The translations under genes were made by a program, and so were the position numbers. A stretch of DNA of 59,040 nt, the filler included, from Sphacelaria rigidula (Eukaryota): the NCBI GenBank assembly GCA_964200075.2. It is 5 parts of 5 records of this genome, joined end to end, with 100 filler letters (N's around TTAATTAATTAA, not from the genome) between each part and the next. Parts side by side here need not be neighbours in the genome. Positions count along the whole stretch, not along the records: positions 11,829 to 23,556 come from CAXNAA020004581.1; positions 23,657 to 35,384 come from CAXNAA020004582.1; 3 more parts are not named here. One strand, given 5' to 3'. Numbering within the stretch: position 1 is the first letter of the stretch; each line of letters opens with the position of its first letter. This document shows positions 12,112-24,460 of the stretch, piece after piece. The notes under the pieces were generated by a model. The model made no database searches. It was not told where the DNA came from and was given only the letters and a program-made list of their open reading frames with translations.

Positions 12112-15100
12112 CGTGTGCACCAGAAGCCGCTGGTGGGTATATCGTGCGAAGGAGTGACAGCCTAAAAAAAGCATCTGACGAGTGCGGCGCACCGTTCGTA
12201 GATCTGCATGAGCTCAAACCGGTGACTGCAGCCACCTTTGCGATCGCTAGAACGAAGCACATCGTGTTTGATGGAAACCAGGCAGTACGTTTGCTTCAAG
12301 GTGGATGGCGAACGGCAAGCGTCCTTCCACACACCTTTACCGGTGATGACGATCCTCCCGGCGAGTCCTGCGCCCCCCGCATCTTCAAAATGTAGGGGAA
12401 CACCGCGCCTTGGGTGAAGAGGTCCACCACATCCAGCTGCATCAAGCTAAAGTGCATCAACTGCAGTGTTTGGTTATACGATGAAAAAATGTATTTGTGT
12501 TTGTGTATACGAGTTTTGCGCGGACGTCGGTGGCACCGGAAAAGGGGGAAATGTTGACGTAGGGTTAGTGTGGGTTTAAGGTGGTGGTGGTGGTGGACGC
12601 TGAAGGTGGGCAAGCGTAGAGCAAAGGTAACTCGCACAGTGGCTGCGAGGTCGGTGAAGGTAAAGGTGTATCTCGGCCATTGCCCATTCTCGGTGATCAT
12701 TCGCACCCTTTGCAGTGCAATCAAACTCACGAGCGAGCTATTCCCTTGCATTTCCAAGTCGGCCGCGGTGTCAACCTTCGCCTCCAGCAGCGGTACATCC
12801 CGACGGCCGTACAGTCTGAATGCTCCGCAGCACCTAGCAGCCGCCCGTATTTGCACGTAGTCCGGCGGTACCTGCTCCGGAAACATTCGCCGTACGTGGG
12901 ACACACGGCATTACGGTCAGTGCAGACGGCGATATCCTACCAATTGCGTGCAAAATTAGAACGGGCAGCGCACGCCACCCAGCCCCCTGTACCCTCTGAG
13001 CCATTTTTGGCTGCTGCTGATTGGTGTTGATGCAGTTGCCAGCCTTCGGCTGCCATGTTTGAGTTTGACACGGCGCTGTGCTGCCCTCCACCGCCGCCCG
13101 TACCCTTCATGCAGCACCCATCACCCAGCCCACCCCCTGCAGCACTGTCCAGCCCCCTTCCATATCACCTGGTCTTGCTCACTATCTGGGTGGTTCCTGG
13201 TCTTTTCTTCCGCATTTTCCCGTGAATGCCCGTTGTAGTCTTTTGTAGTCGACGCACATGGGGTTCATATGTAAAACAAAGCACAAATCGTTTTGGACGA
13301 AAATAGCATGATGGGTGTACAGTCATATCTCGAACGGTCTGAACACCTCCGACAGTCCCCGACCAAACCAAGTGCTCTCCCCGTACGTCTTCGTATCCAT
13401 TGCGCAGTTACAGATGAAGCTTGTGGCTGACAGTACCGAGATCACACCCTACAAGTTCCCCCCCGAAACATCCCTCGACATGTCGATCCAATTTGACCCT
13501 CACGCTGACTGGATTGCTTCGATATCACCCTCACCAACACGCACAACGATCAGAAGAACAACCCACGAAGTCCCTGCCGAAGATGCCCATTGACCTTTCC
13601 ACATACCTCCTTGGGCTTATCCTTCTCCGCGATGAAGGCGCCCAGGTCGTCGATGGATACGTCTCCGTCCTGTTTGGCCTTGTCATCACGGGTCAAATTG
13701 CCCCACCACCCAAACCAACCTTGTTGCTTCTTCTTTTTCTGCTTGTTCTTCTTGTGTTCATTACACGTGTTACCATCTGTGCGTTCTTCGACCTTCGTGT
13801 ATTGGCCGGCTCGTTCCGCTTCGTCGCGGAGGCGCTTTAGCTGTTCGCCAGCGAACCGGCCCCATTGGCATGAACGGCACATGAAAGACACGGCCAGGAA
13901 ATTCAAAAAGGGAACAGATAGACAGGTACAACGAAGCACGAACCAGCGGTGACGGAGAGGAGAGGTAGAGAGGGTTGTGTCCGCCTTCGCGGAGCACATG
14001 ATGAATCAATCCCGATAGAGTACAAGTCTCTGCGCAAACCAATTGGTGCAGAATCTTTCAATACTTTATCGGCCCAGATCTTGGACATGGACAAACTCCT
14101 GAACAACCACCTGCAATTTTTTATTCGAAACTCGAACGCTGACCAAGAGGAATCATATGGTGAGGTATCATCGTTTTGACTGGTGATTGATTGGTGGAGC
14201 CCAGCTTGTGCCCACAAACCTACCTCCCGACCCACCCATGCATCTATCCGCGAATACTACGGCAACAACCGAAATAGCAGAAACCACAACGGCGAACATG
14301 ACTGCGTCAACGCTCACGTTTCTCCTGGCCATGGTCCTGAACATTAGGATAGCCTCCGCCGGCAAGCTCTCTTCCATAGCGTCCAGCTCAGATCGCTCTT
14401 CATCTTCGAGAGGTCGAAGTAGCCCAATGGCCTCGAACGACGGGGGGGAGCTGTGTTCACTCTCCCAGCTGGCTGCAGCTACCCGTTCGAAAAGAGACAC
14501 ATATTTCTTCCTCGCTGCTATAATCTATCCGATCGGGGTACAAGCAGATGGGAAGGGCAGGGGCTAGTTTCCTGATTTGTTTGCGCAAATTGTGAAGAAA
14601 AAAAAAAGAAGCAGTACAGCCAATCAGTACACCAATCACTGCGGTATTATCCGGCCGAACCTTGTTTAATCACTATAAAGAGCCCGCCGTGGTTCACGTA
14701 TTATTACGCAACAACGCCACACCGACAGTCAACTTCAGTGAGTTCGGGCGTCGAACAGCGACGAACAGAACACTGAAGTCTTGCATGAGGCCTTTGCCAT
14801 TTGGAAAATACGTCCGCGCACCTTCACCAGTTTAGAAACGGCCCCCGGTTTTCCTTTCACGCACACGTACGCGTACCTGCACACGGTGTGGGTGCGCGCA
14901 GGGGGGGGGGGGGGGGCGGACCCCCTTTTTGTTTGCTTTATTCGGGGGCACATATACCACCACTCACTTTAGGGCGGGGGGGGGGGTCGCAAACNNNNNN
15001 NNNNCGCGCGCCGGAGGGGGGTGGGGGGGGGCGGGGGGGGGGGGGGGGGGGGCGTACTCACTTTTTGCTTGCCTTAGTCGTGTGACCATTGATCACGCAT

Positions 15101-17655
15101 CCTTTTCGAGACGGAGGGGGGCTAGCAATGCCAAGGTAATATGCATACTCTGGAAGGGCGAAAGTATAAGGTGGAAGTGACCCAACGCGCGGAAATGAGT
15201 GTGTGGTGGTGTCCTACAACGGAATAGCGGAACAGCTCTCTCGCAACCTGTCAAAGCTAGTGCGAATCCCTACAATGTGCAAAGTTCATCGCGAATGCGA
15301 CTAAAAGAGAGGGCGAGGTTAAGATACCTTGAGTTTGAAACATGATCCAACCTTGTTCGCAAGCGCCGTGGACACAGCAACGCACACATGGCGTAATGTT
15401 GATAACAGCAGCCGACAGAGCGAAAAAAACGACCACTCTTGGCTGTTCGTGAGAGTGAAAAACCAGACGGCGATAGCACCGCTGCCGCTTGTACGACCCC
15501 GCATGGTGCAAATCTCTGAAATAATGTTTCAAGCCGGTTCTTGTGCACCTCCACCAAGCCCTAGGGTCCTGCAATGGGCTGGCCTTCGGACGATACGGAA
15601 AGAATATCTGCCAGTTGGCCAGGGCGACGAAATTGTCCTTGAGCTGCAGAATCTGTTCGTACTGCTCCGCTCGCAAGTCGACCCGGATATCGTCCACCTG
15701 CATTTCGATATGCAACGGCGTTCACACGCACGAAGTGCCCCAAGTTACCGTTTATAGTTCTTGATATTCATCGCCATCAAGTTTGAATGAATGTTTCAAG
15801 ATAATTAACCAGCATTCATCCCTGTAATCGCTTCCCCCCTTCCCCCCCGTACACACCCCAGCACATCGACGAACTTTTCCTCCGGTTGACCAAGGGACCC
15901 CATGTGATGAAATTCTCCACCCTTCGCTTGCGCAAAAACAAAACAAGTTCGAAACTAGATCAAATCAAATCAACCGTACCTCAAGTGAAGCCTCGAACTC
16001 TGGCCCTATCGTATCAGCGGGGTCGTCGTTATGGGTGAGCTTCAGCACAGCACTCATGGGCCTGATCACATCCCCGCGCGCCAGTCCGCCCCAATTTTCC
16101 CCTTCCGGGTCCACCGCCTGGTCGTCTACGAATTCGTTCAGTCCGTAAAACCTGAGCTCTGGGGGTAACAACGCATACCTGGACATCGAGGAAATAGGTG
16201 AACGAGGAAGGCCACGGTGGGGGTGTCGGGGAGGGTGGAAGAAGTAAGAAGGGAGGGAGAAAGGAATGAGAAGAAATGGGCAAGGAAGGGATGCGACTGA
16301 GAGGAATGAAGCTCAACATACGAGCTGCATATGCGGCATACGACAAATCCCCCCAACGCGGGGAGCGAGGCTAGCACGTAGACCGCACAGCGATATCCGT
16401 GACCAAAACATCACCAATCACGGCCGTGACAGAAGCCGTCACGTAGGGGGTGGGCAGGATGCGTACTATTTTTAGTATACTCGATGTAGCCATACAGGGG
16501 GTTGCAATCTTTTGCACGGATACTGGCATTTCCGCCTTTGACTACTCGAAGCAGTATAGGCTGCTTCCACCTGAAAAGCACAGCTTTCCTTCAAAATAAA
16601 AATTTCCCAGGTTAGCGTTCGATTATTATCATTATCATTATTGTTATCATTATTATTGTTATTACAGCACATTAGTCCAATCTCTCGAACCCGTGGTCAC
16701 CGAGGTAGGCTCGTCTTTTCAACATCGTCCCTGCTATTCCTTACAGTACATCGAATTCCCATAATCTTTTCCGAGATCCCAGACTAAAAACAAAACAAAA
16801 ACAACCAATATACATATATATATATATATATATATATTACCAAATAAAAATGAAAAGAGAGACGCCCAGAAAACAGGTGAGAAATATTTTCCCCGGATTC
16901 ATCGGGGTGAAGAAAATAAGCGAACCCTTCAGAGCTGCCAACAAGCATACCGGAAGAAAAGGGACAGACAAGGAAAGACAGATGACAAAAGGATGTTAGC
17001 ACGGTCACCAAGCGGGGGTCAACTCTACAGCCCCAGGCACCCTATATACAAGTACCACAGCTGTTCGGGAAGACGGCAGATGCACCAGCGAATGTACTAC
17101 GCGACGGGCTACAGGTTATTTTTCGAGGGTTCTAGGTAGGCACTGGGGGAACTCTAGTGGTGGCACAGCGAGCGTTTCCTCAGCATGGCGTGCTTTGGTC
17201 CAGACTCGATTATCAACCGAATTTCCACAGTCCTGCCCAACCAGGTGACAGACATTTTCTCTTTGGAACATCTATTGAATCGGGGTCTCTTCTTTCAAGG
17301 CATTCGGATTTCAGTGAAACCGAGCCTCCTTGAGTCGATCTTAATTTCGAATAACGTGAGACTCATCATTTCAATCAATCACGAGTTTCACATCGAAACT
17401 ATCCAAATAGAGTGTTCTATCGATTACAAATTTCTGGCGAGCCTCTTCTATTCCACGACTCAACATGGAGGTCAAAAGTTAGGCAATAACTCGAACACTA
17501 CCTCACCAGTCAGAGCAAAAAATAAACGCTGATTGGCGATGAACCACAAACGATTCGACTCCTCGCTCAGAGCAGCTCCGAATTTTTCGTTCTCATCATC
17601 ACAATTTGAATATGGCGTGATTTCACCATGTGCGCAGATTTTTAAAGTGAGGCAA

Positions 17656-17730
<75 letters not shown>

Positions 17731-18962
17731 GTCGTCCAATCTATTCTGGGCGCCGGTCTACACCTTTCGGCATACATGGGCGCACCAGCCGGGGTCACAC
17801 GGGAGAAAAGCCAACACACGGGGTTTTTTTCTTGTTTGTTTTTATTTATCCACCATCCTTCTGCAGTGCTTGCCTTTTTTTATCGCGAGAGGGGTTCGGC
17901 AGTCCCTTTCCCTCGTCGCGACCATTACGTCGAACTTTAGAGCATGTGGTAGTGCTTTGTAGTTACAAACGCTCCCAACGCTCGGAATTTAGCATTTCGA
18001 TATCAGTGGGAGCAAAACGGCTGCGGTTTTCACTGAAACGCATCATTTCTTCGTATTGGCAGAAAACTGTACCCCACAGCGCGACTAGAATCGCGGCGCT
18101 GTGATCGTTCTATTTTCAGTGGATGGTTTCCAAACCGGCGCCGTTATTGCAGCTATTGTATGTCTCGGAATCGAACCAGCTTGTGAACGAATGCTGCTCC
18201 GATTGATGACGCCGCACGAACAGCAGAACAGCGGAAGTTTCGCCTTTTCCAGATATTCGATCTAGAACGACCGTGCTCTCTCTATTTAGGTCGACCGACT
18301 ATTAATACCAGCACTTGGGAAAGCTGCTCTCATCTCACTTAACACGTTCGGGTCGTTTATTCTAAGCTGTCAGACATTTGGAGATATTCGGAACTCCTGG
18401 CCTGCTCTGATTCTGTGCTGTTCGACCGCTAAAAAAGGACAAGGGTGCCCTGTCCTCATAATAGTGGTTCAAGTGTCACTTCATAGGGAGCTATGAGTTC
18501 GTACTCAGCCTAATAAATACTATTCGCACCAAACCTGACACGTGCGCGCGTAGAACAAAGTAGACATTTGCCGAATCTTGATATTAGGACCTGTGGCGCT
18601 CAGGAGAAAGCGCTCCTGCCATTTTTATATTCATTTTGCAGTTCCACTCTATTCTATTTATGATCCTCTGTGCTGTTGTTGCGTGGCACGCGTGTATGTG
18701 AATTTTTGTGTCAACAGCAGCCTTATCGAACGTCATGTGCGCCATGCATGCACAGCCTACGGTGCTCGATACGTGCGGAATCTCAACCCGAACATCGATG
18801 GAAACGGTGCAAGGGCGCGTCGGGTAGGATATCCAGATACCTCGGACTGCTAAAAAGTCGCACATCACCTGCCCAAGTCGGTCACAATGACTTGGATGAG
18901 CTTTAGAGAGGAGAACAACAGCGCTGGACTAGCTGCTGCTGTGGGAATGGGTTGGATCTCCA
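12112..18962 (-). CDS. VPS13: Partial VPS13/chorein-family lipid-transfer protein, N-terminal region; exons 18962-18869 (tentative), 16178-15980, 15697-15549, 14876-14822, 14524-14318, 13840-13607, 12871-12731, 12460-12335, 12235-12112 (tentative)
   Basis: Phase-compatible GT-AG exons give DVIRPMSAVLKLTHN...VDDIRVDLRAEQYEQIL...YRPKASPLQDPRAWWRYAY...ARKKYVSLF...ELDAMEESLPAEAILMFRTMA...QQGWFGWWG...PPDYV...LDVVDLFTQGAVFPYIL. These are VPS13 hallmarks in the expected order (yRP..prxWWxYA, RxxYxxL, ExxL..IxxxRxxA, GWxxWW). Both ends are unresolved. Confidence 0.85.
16620..16920 (-). mobile_element. Retroposon-like 3' end with (AAT)n tail, homologous to ~54125-54410
   Basis: Both copies read (tat/att)n then gcacattagtcc.at.tctcgaacccgtg...ccctgctattccttaca...agagagacgcc.agaaaa. 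Confidence 0.65.
17659..17729 (+). repeat. (TG)n microsatellite
   Basis: About 35 TG units. Confidence 0.95.
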
Positions 18963-21414
18963 CTTTTCAAAATACCACACTATCGGGTATACCCCTACAC
19001 GACACGCCCTTGTAATGGTGTATCGAGAGCCCGGAACATAGCAACTGCACCGTGCTAGGAACGTATCTGGACAAGAACAGGTTCTGTCTTTGTTATACAT
19101 TTGTAGAAATATATATTTAAAATAATATGTCTGTCCGTGTATAACGAGCTACCACAAAAGAGAAAAAACAAAACATTCCCACAAGTGTCCGCCGAGGTCT
19201 CCCCACCTCTTCACATGGGCACACACGCCCATTTATGTATTTTCTGCTTTATCTTGCTCGTTTTATGAAAGAAAACACTTCGTTGAAGGTCGAATACGTT
19301 ACGCATACGACCATGCACAAAAACAAAATGCTGACTACCTGTCGAGCGGCCAGAACCAACAGAGAGCAACAGGAGCCGGATTCGTGGCTCTTGCCCGCCC
19401 CCCACTTCCCAACATGCACAGTGAAACGAAACGAACGGCGATACCTCGGTACCCCACTACCGCATTGGCATCGACGTGAACCGGAGAGCAACATCACGGC
19501 TCGCTGTGACTGTCGTGGCACGACAGGGGCAGCACTATGGACCTCTCCACACGGGATCTCGTCGGAAAACTGGTTCAAGACCCGCAAATGTCTGACACAC
19601 GCATCGGAAGGACGTTCTACGCTGGCAGAACATCTGGAAATGTTTGGAAAAAGCCGTTCTAAAACTGGCGCATTTTCTGCAAATTCCGAGTCACTTGTTC
19701 TGCGGACGGAGGTGTCTTTCACGTTTGTGCTGTACTCTCTTTCTACAGTGAACGTACTGCTCTACCTTCAGTTATGTCGTTCGTGTGGAAGCTGCTAGCA
19801 CTCCTTGCTTCTTCCCTCGCCGAGGGCAAAGTCGTGAGCTGAAAATCCATCATATGTGCTGGTTCTCGTGGTACAAACAGCCATGCCTCGTCACCTCCAC
19901 TTCGTCCCACGGGAAGGAATTGTATGGACATGCAGTAAAATAATGGAGGATGATCGATAGTACAAAAAATCCCCAATCTGTTGGTTCTCTCAACCCAAGA
20001 AAAACAGAACCAAAACGATGGCGAAGTGCCGTTTGGGGTAGCATGTAGGCAATCGACGTGTGTTCACTCCCACCTAATGAACGTTGAAACTGGGCGAGGG
20101 AAAGGCTTAGTGAAAGATGCTTGCTTCTTCCACGGAAGCGCTAATACACCGACGAACCATTACGCAGTTGTCGGAAGAAGCGACGGGATGAAAGAGAAAA
20201 TGACGAGTAAACGTGAGGCGGCACTTCGGATGTTCCAGAGTACAGCAAGCGCAACCGATTGTACATGGTAGAACGGGCAGCCTACAACGTCAAGACCCCA
20301 GCTGTCCGGGCGGGGCAATAGGCAAGCAGCGCCAAAACTCACTCAAAGCCCGTGAAGGGGGCCCATGACAACGCACGCGGAAATCCTTCCGCGAGTGACC
20401 TCGCACTGCTACAAAGACAGGGATAGGTGCTACACGATGGGTTGGTCCGCCGGTAGAGGATGCGGTTCACGTTGGCTTTACAGTTCCTACAAATGCCAAG
20501 AGGGGGCGATGAGCACCCTGTTTTCCCGTCGAGATAGACTGGAAAATGCGTGTCGCTTTTTCTAGCGTCTCACCTTGCTTTCTCATCAACGCGCCAGCAG
20601 ACGGAGAGTCCATCCACGCGAACCAGTTTGTGCACCTTCCCACACGGTTTCAGATGTCATCGCAGCGGCAGCATAACAGCATCAAATATATCACAACACT
20701 TTAGTCACTCGTACCGAGCCGAGGAGAAACGTAAACGTGTGATAGCAAATTTCGACACGTGGTGCAGCAGCAGAAGGGAATGCGGGGTACTCGTGTCACG
20801 TCCTCCGGCCCTTCTTTTGGACCTTCGCAACGTTCCTGTGAAAAAGTAAAGCTACCAGCATTCACGGATATACTGGATGGACAGGAACCGTCCATATTTC
20901 GCCCAATCTTGAGAGTGATCCATTCAACTAGGAGGCGCAAAATGGCCGTTACTGAGCAAGAGGATCGATCGAAAAATATGCGTGAAAACTTGACAAGCAA
21001 AATGGTAGTATTTTATTCAAGAGCTGGATTTCAAATCGGCTGGCGGCTACGAGATCCGATTTCTTCCATACTATTGAGACCCACGCAACGAACGAGTGCG
21101 AGACAAGACACGGTCGCAAACTACTAGCAGAAACAACGTGGAAGAAAAACTCTACTCATGTGTGATGAAGTAGTCGATTTTCCCACCGAAACTGACTCAC
21201 TTTCGCCTGTTCCTCGCTAAAAATTGAGTCTCATCCGGCAAAATACAGTGCCAAAGAATAATGGGGATGAGCGGGGTGTGTACAAAAGCCACGATAAAAG
21301 CATCCGGCCCGGCGTTGGGTAATACCTAATTGATGCCCGCCCACTTCTAACATCTGTGAGGGTTTTGAAGTTTTCTCGAGTCCTTGTCTCGCTAAGTATT
21401 GCACACGTCGGACA

Positions 21415-21822
21415 GATCAGCTCCCTGTGGCTCCAGCTAGCTATTTTTTAGCGTAGCTCCCTAGTGACCCATGAGAGCTACATGAGCTACGCATGTTTGT
21501 CGCGGGTGAGCTACGAGAGCTGTATCAGCTGCACATGTTTGCTCTGCGTGAGCTATGGGAGCTGTATGAGCTACACACGTTTGCCAAAGGTGAGCTACCG
21601 ACCCGTAGCTTATCAGCTCATATTCACCCTGGGTGAGCAATGAGAGCTGTAACGCATGTTTGCCCTGGATCAGCTACTAACCCGTACCTCATCAGCTCAG
21701 ACTCTCCCTGGGTGAGCTATGAATGCTGCATGAGCTACGCATATTTGTCCTGGGTGAGCTACCAACTCGGAGCTCATCAACTCATATTCGTCCTGGGTGA
21801 GCTAAAGGACGTAGCTCACATG
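21415..21822 (+). repeat. Degenerate GTGAGCTA/AGCT-rich tandem minisatellite, resuming at ~22425-22475 after the MITE
   Basis: Recurrent ggtgagcta, atgagctac, tcagctca units. Confidence 0.6.
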
Positions 21823-21824
21823 TA

Positions 21825-22422
21825 CTTCCTCTGTCCCATAAGTCTGTGCCGTTATGTTCGTTTGATCGTTTGGGTATTTCAATGCTGACGATCATCCTAC
21901 AGTTGGGTTCGTTAGAGAGATAACGCGCAGACAAAGCTGACTCAAGAAAAGGAGAGGGGAAAAAAGTGGTTTTCAATACTAAAATTACATAGATCAAAAT
22001 ATATCCCATTCTGGCCCTTTTTGGTCCACTTACACCAAAATCTTGACCGATTTTGGACGGTTTTACATCGAGTACTAGCGATCACATGCTGAAAATTTGT
22101 TGGATGGGGCGTGCGTAGGTTAACGTCACGGAGATATCCGAATCAGTGGTGGTTTTGCGGTTTTCACACTTCTTTCACGATTTCTCGCGATTCCCGGGTC
22201 TGTGATGCTTTACTGGGGAAAAAAGCAAAAAGTGGCCATATTTTGATCGACCCACTTTTTCTCGATCGCGAGGTTGCACGGGTCAAGCACCCACGTTGCA
22301 GAAAGAGTATTGTTTTTAGCTCAAAACACGCCAACGAATGTAACCAAAAAATCGAAAATCAAGTGGAACATCATTAAGGGCTCAAACAAACATAACGGCA
22401 CAGACTTATGGGACAGAGGAAG
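21825..22422. mobile_element. Stowaway/Tc1-mariner-like MITE, ~600 bp, TA target duplication
   Basis: TA|cttcctctgtcccataagtctgtgccgttatgtt ... aacataacggcacagacttatgggacagaggaag|TA. The 34-bp TIR is perfect and extends further with one mismatch. A related left end begins at ~35320. Confidence 0.9.
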
Positions 22423-23556
22423 TACACGTTTGACTACAAGTGAGCTACGGCCCGCCGATGAGCTAGCTCATGCGCCGTCCGACGTGTGCAGCATTGCGAC
22501 CCAAGTCACAGAATATAGCTCAAATTCACACTGGAAGTAAAGTTGGGCGCGAAAACAAATGCGCGATAAAATGTCTTGCTGTATCATCGAGTCATATTTA
22601 TTTGCTGACCTCTCAATCGTCGCCGCCGGTTGGAAGATGACGTTTTGAGACAGTTGATCCAATATTGGGAGGGTATACATGCTGTGATTTCCGTGATTTT
22701 TACAAGTATTTCGGCACGCGACGGCGCGTACGACTCGCGAGGACAAGGGGCACCATGCCATCACATCCACCACTCGAAAACAAGCATCTGGTAACGACTT
22801 CGCATCCAATTATATGGCACCTCAACGTGCTGGTGGAGCAGCCAAATTTTATACCTGACAACTCTGAACGACCATATCTTGCGAACGACTGCTGTTGTCA
22901 ACAAAACGCGAAGAAAAAATCGGATGCTGCGTCTTGTTTCAGGCTTTCCAACACGCCTGGCCTTTCGGCTAGTTGGTAAAATTCGGATACACCCGATACC
23001 CGGATATTTTGAAAAGTCGTTCTGGTAGTACTCAAAATATTGAGTGAAATACTGAGATCGACCCCGAATTACCCAGTGTTGGGGTAGAATAGTGAGATCT
23101 TACACATCAGACAGCCGCAATTCCCAGACGTCCTGCTATAACGACCACCACGCCCTCGTCGTCATCGTGTGCATCTCATAACGTGCCTAAAAATGCATCG
23201 TGTCTTCTAGAACGAGTGCGAAATGGAAACGAAATCGGCGTTTTTCTCCCGCGATGTATAGCGATGTACATTCGTCTCAGCTATTTACCTCCGTAGCATC
23301 ACATGCTCAATGCGAAAAAGGGGGCACCGACGGTTCTCCAATCAGTTTCGCACACAAAGATTGCGCAGAGTACTGTGCCCCCAAAAATCACAAGATCGTT
23401 TTCCATGATTTCTCGAGTACGGGAATGATGTAGAACAATCAAAACCTGTGAATACTTCGTACAAACTCGCAGTACAGTGAGAACGTAACACAATAATGGG
23501 CCCCACCATGACGTCACGGGTGATACCGCGGAAGCACCTCCCCCCCCCCCCCCCCC

Positions 23557-23656
23557 NNNNNNNNNNNNNNNNNNNNNNNNNNNNNNNNNNNNNNNNNNNN
23601 TTAATTAATTAANNNNNNNNNNNNNNNNNNNNNNNNNNNNNNNNNNNNNNNNNNNN
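23557..23656. other. Artificial linker N44-TTAATTAATTAA-N44
   Basis: Identical 100-nt spacer. Confidence 0.97.
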
Positions 23657-24056
23657 AAACCCAGTCGACTACTTTGTTTACTCACGTTCTCACGCTTTCC
23701 ACGGTGGAAATCATACATTACGAAGAACAAACACAAGACATCGGGAATCGAACCCCCGCTCTCTCCACCCTGATGGCGATAGGTCGACCATTACACTATC
23801 GAGTCACACACTCACACCTAGTCGACTACTTCGTTTACTCACGTTCTCACGCCTTCCACGGTGGAAATAATACATTACGAAGAACAAAAACAAGGCATAG
23901 GGAATTGAACCCCTGCTCTCTCCACGCTGGTGGCGATAATTCGACCATTACACCACCGGGCCGCGACGGTCCATCTACACATCTGAACCCCTGCTCTCTC
24001 CACGCTGGTGGCGATAATTCGACCATTACACCACCGGGCCGCGACGGTCCATCTAC
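23657..24056 (-). mobile_element. Tandem cluster of tRNA-derived SINE 5' portions
   Basis: The minus strand has A-box-like TGGTGTAATGG/TAGTGTAATGG and B-box-like GGTTCGATTCC/GGTTCAATTCC. The body matches the SINE at 45838-46160. 23906-23978 is repeated identically at 23984-24056. Confidence 0.75.
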
Positions 24057-24084
24057 CCAGCTGGGAGCACTTTTGTATTGTATC

Positions 24085-24460
24085 AGGAATCTCAACTACG
24101 AAACGTGGTGGCTATTTCAATCGTTGAAGCAGAGTACGTCGCCTTGTCTCAAGCACGTAGAACAATCCAATGTTTATGTCATTTACTCCTGATGATGAAC
24201 CAAGAACAGACAGAGACTACTGCGGTATGGGAGGACAACCTAGGAGCTTTGAAAACTATGAAATTACCTCGTAGCGAGAAGATGACACCTCGCACACGTC
24301 ATGCGGGCATCGAGTTCCATCACGGTGCGTAGTCTCGTAGCCGAAGAACTGCTTGACGCTACAGGAAGTTTTGTGAATCGCAATATCGAAAAGCGGAATT
24401 CTTCATCAAGAGCTTGGGGACAGCAATGTTCGTCGGAGTAAGCGTTCAATACTGCTGGGT
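24085..24460 (+). pseudogene. Ty1/copia pol RNase H remnant (frameshifted)
   Basis: SQLRNVVAISIVEAEYVALSQA...VWEDNLGA...PRTRHAGIEFHH, then AEFFIKSLG in another frame. These match the copia motifs SxxEAEY, EDNxxA, RTKHID and ADxxTKxL. Confidence 0.85.

Noticed and set aside
13315-13593. Plus-strand ORF with an acceptor-like site
   Set aside because: Antisense within a VPS13 intron, with no recognisable homology or partner exons.
23740-23800. Functional tRNA genes here and at ~45850-45915 and ~55650-55725
   Set aside because: A/B boxes are present but there is no consistent cloverleaf. The first two continue into a shared SINE body; the third is better read as a SINE head or pseudogene.
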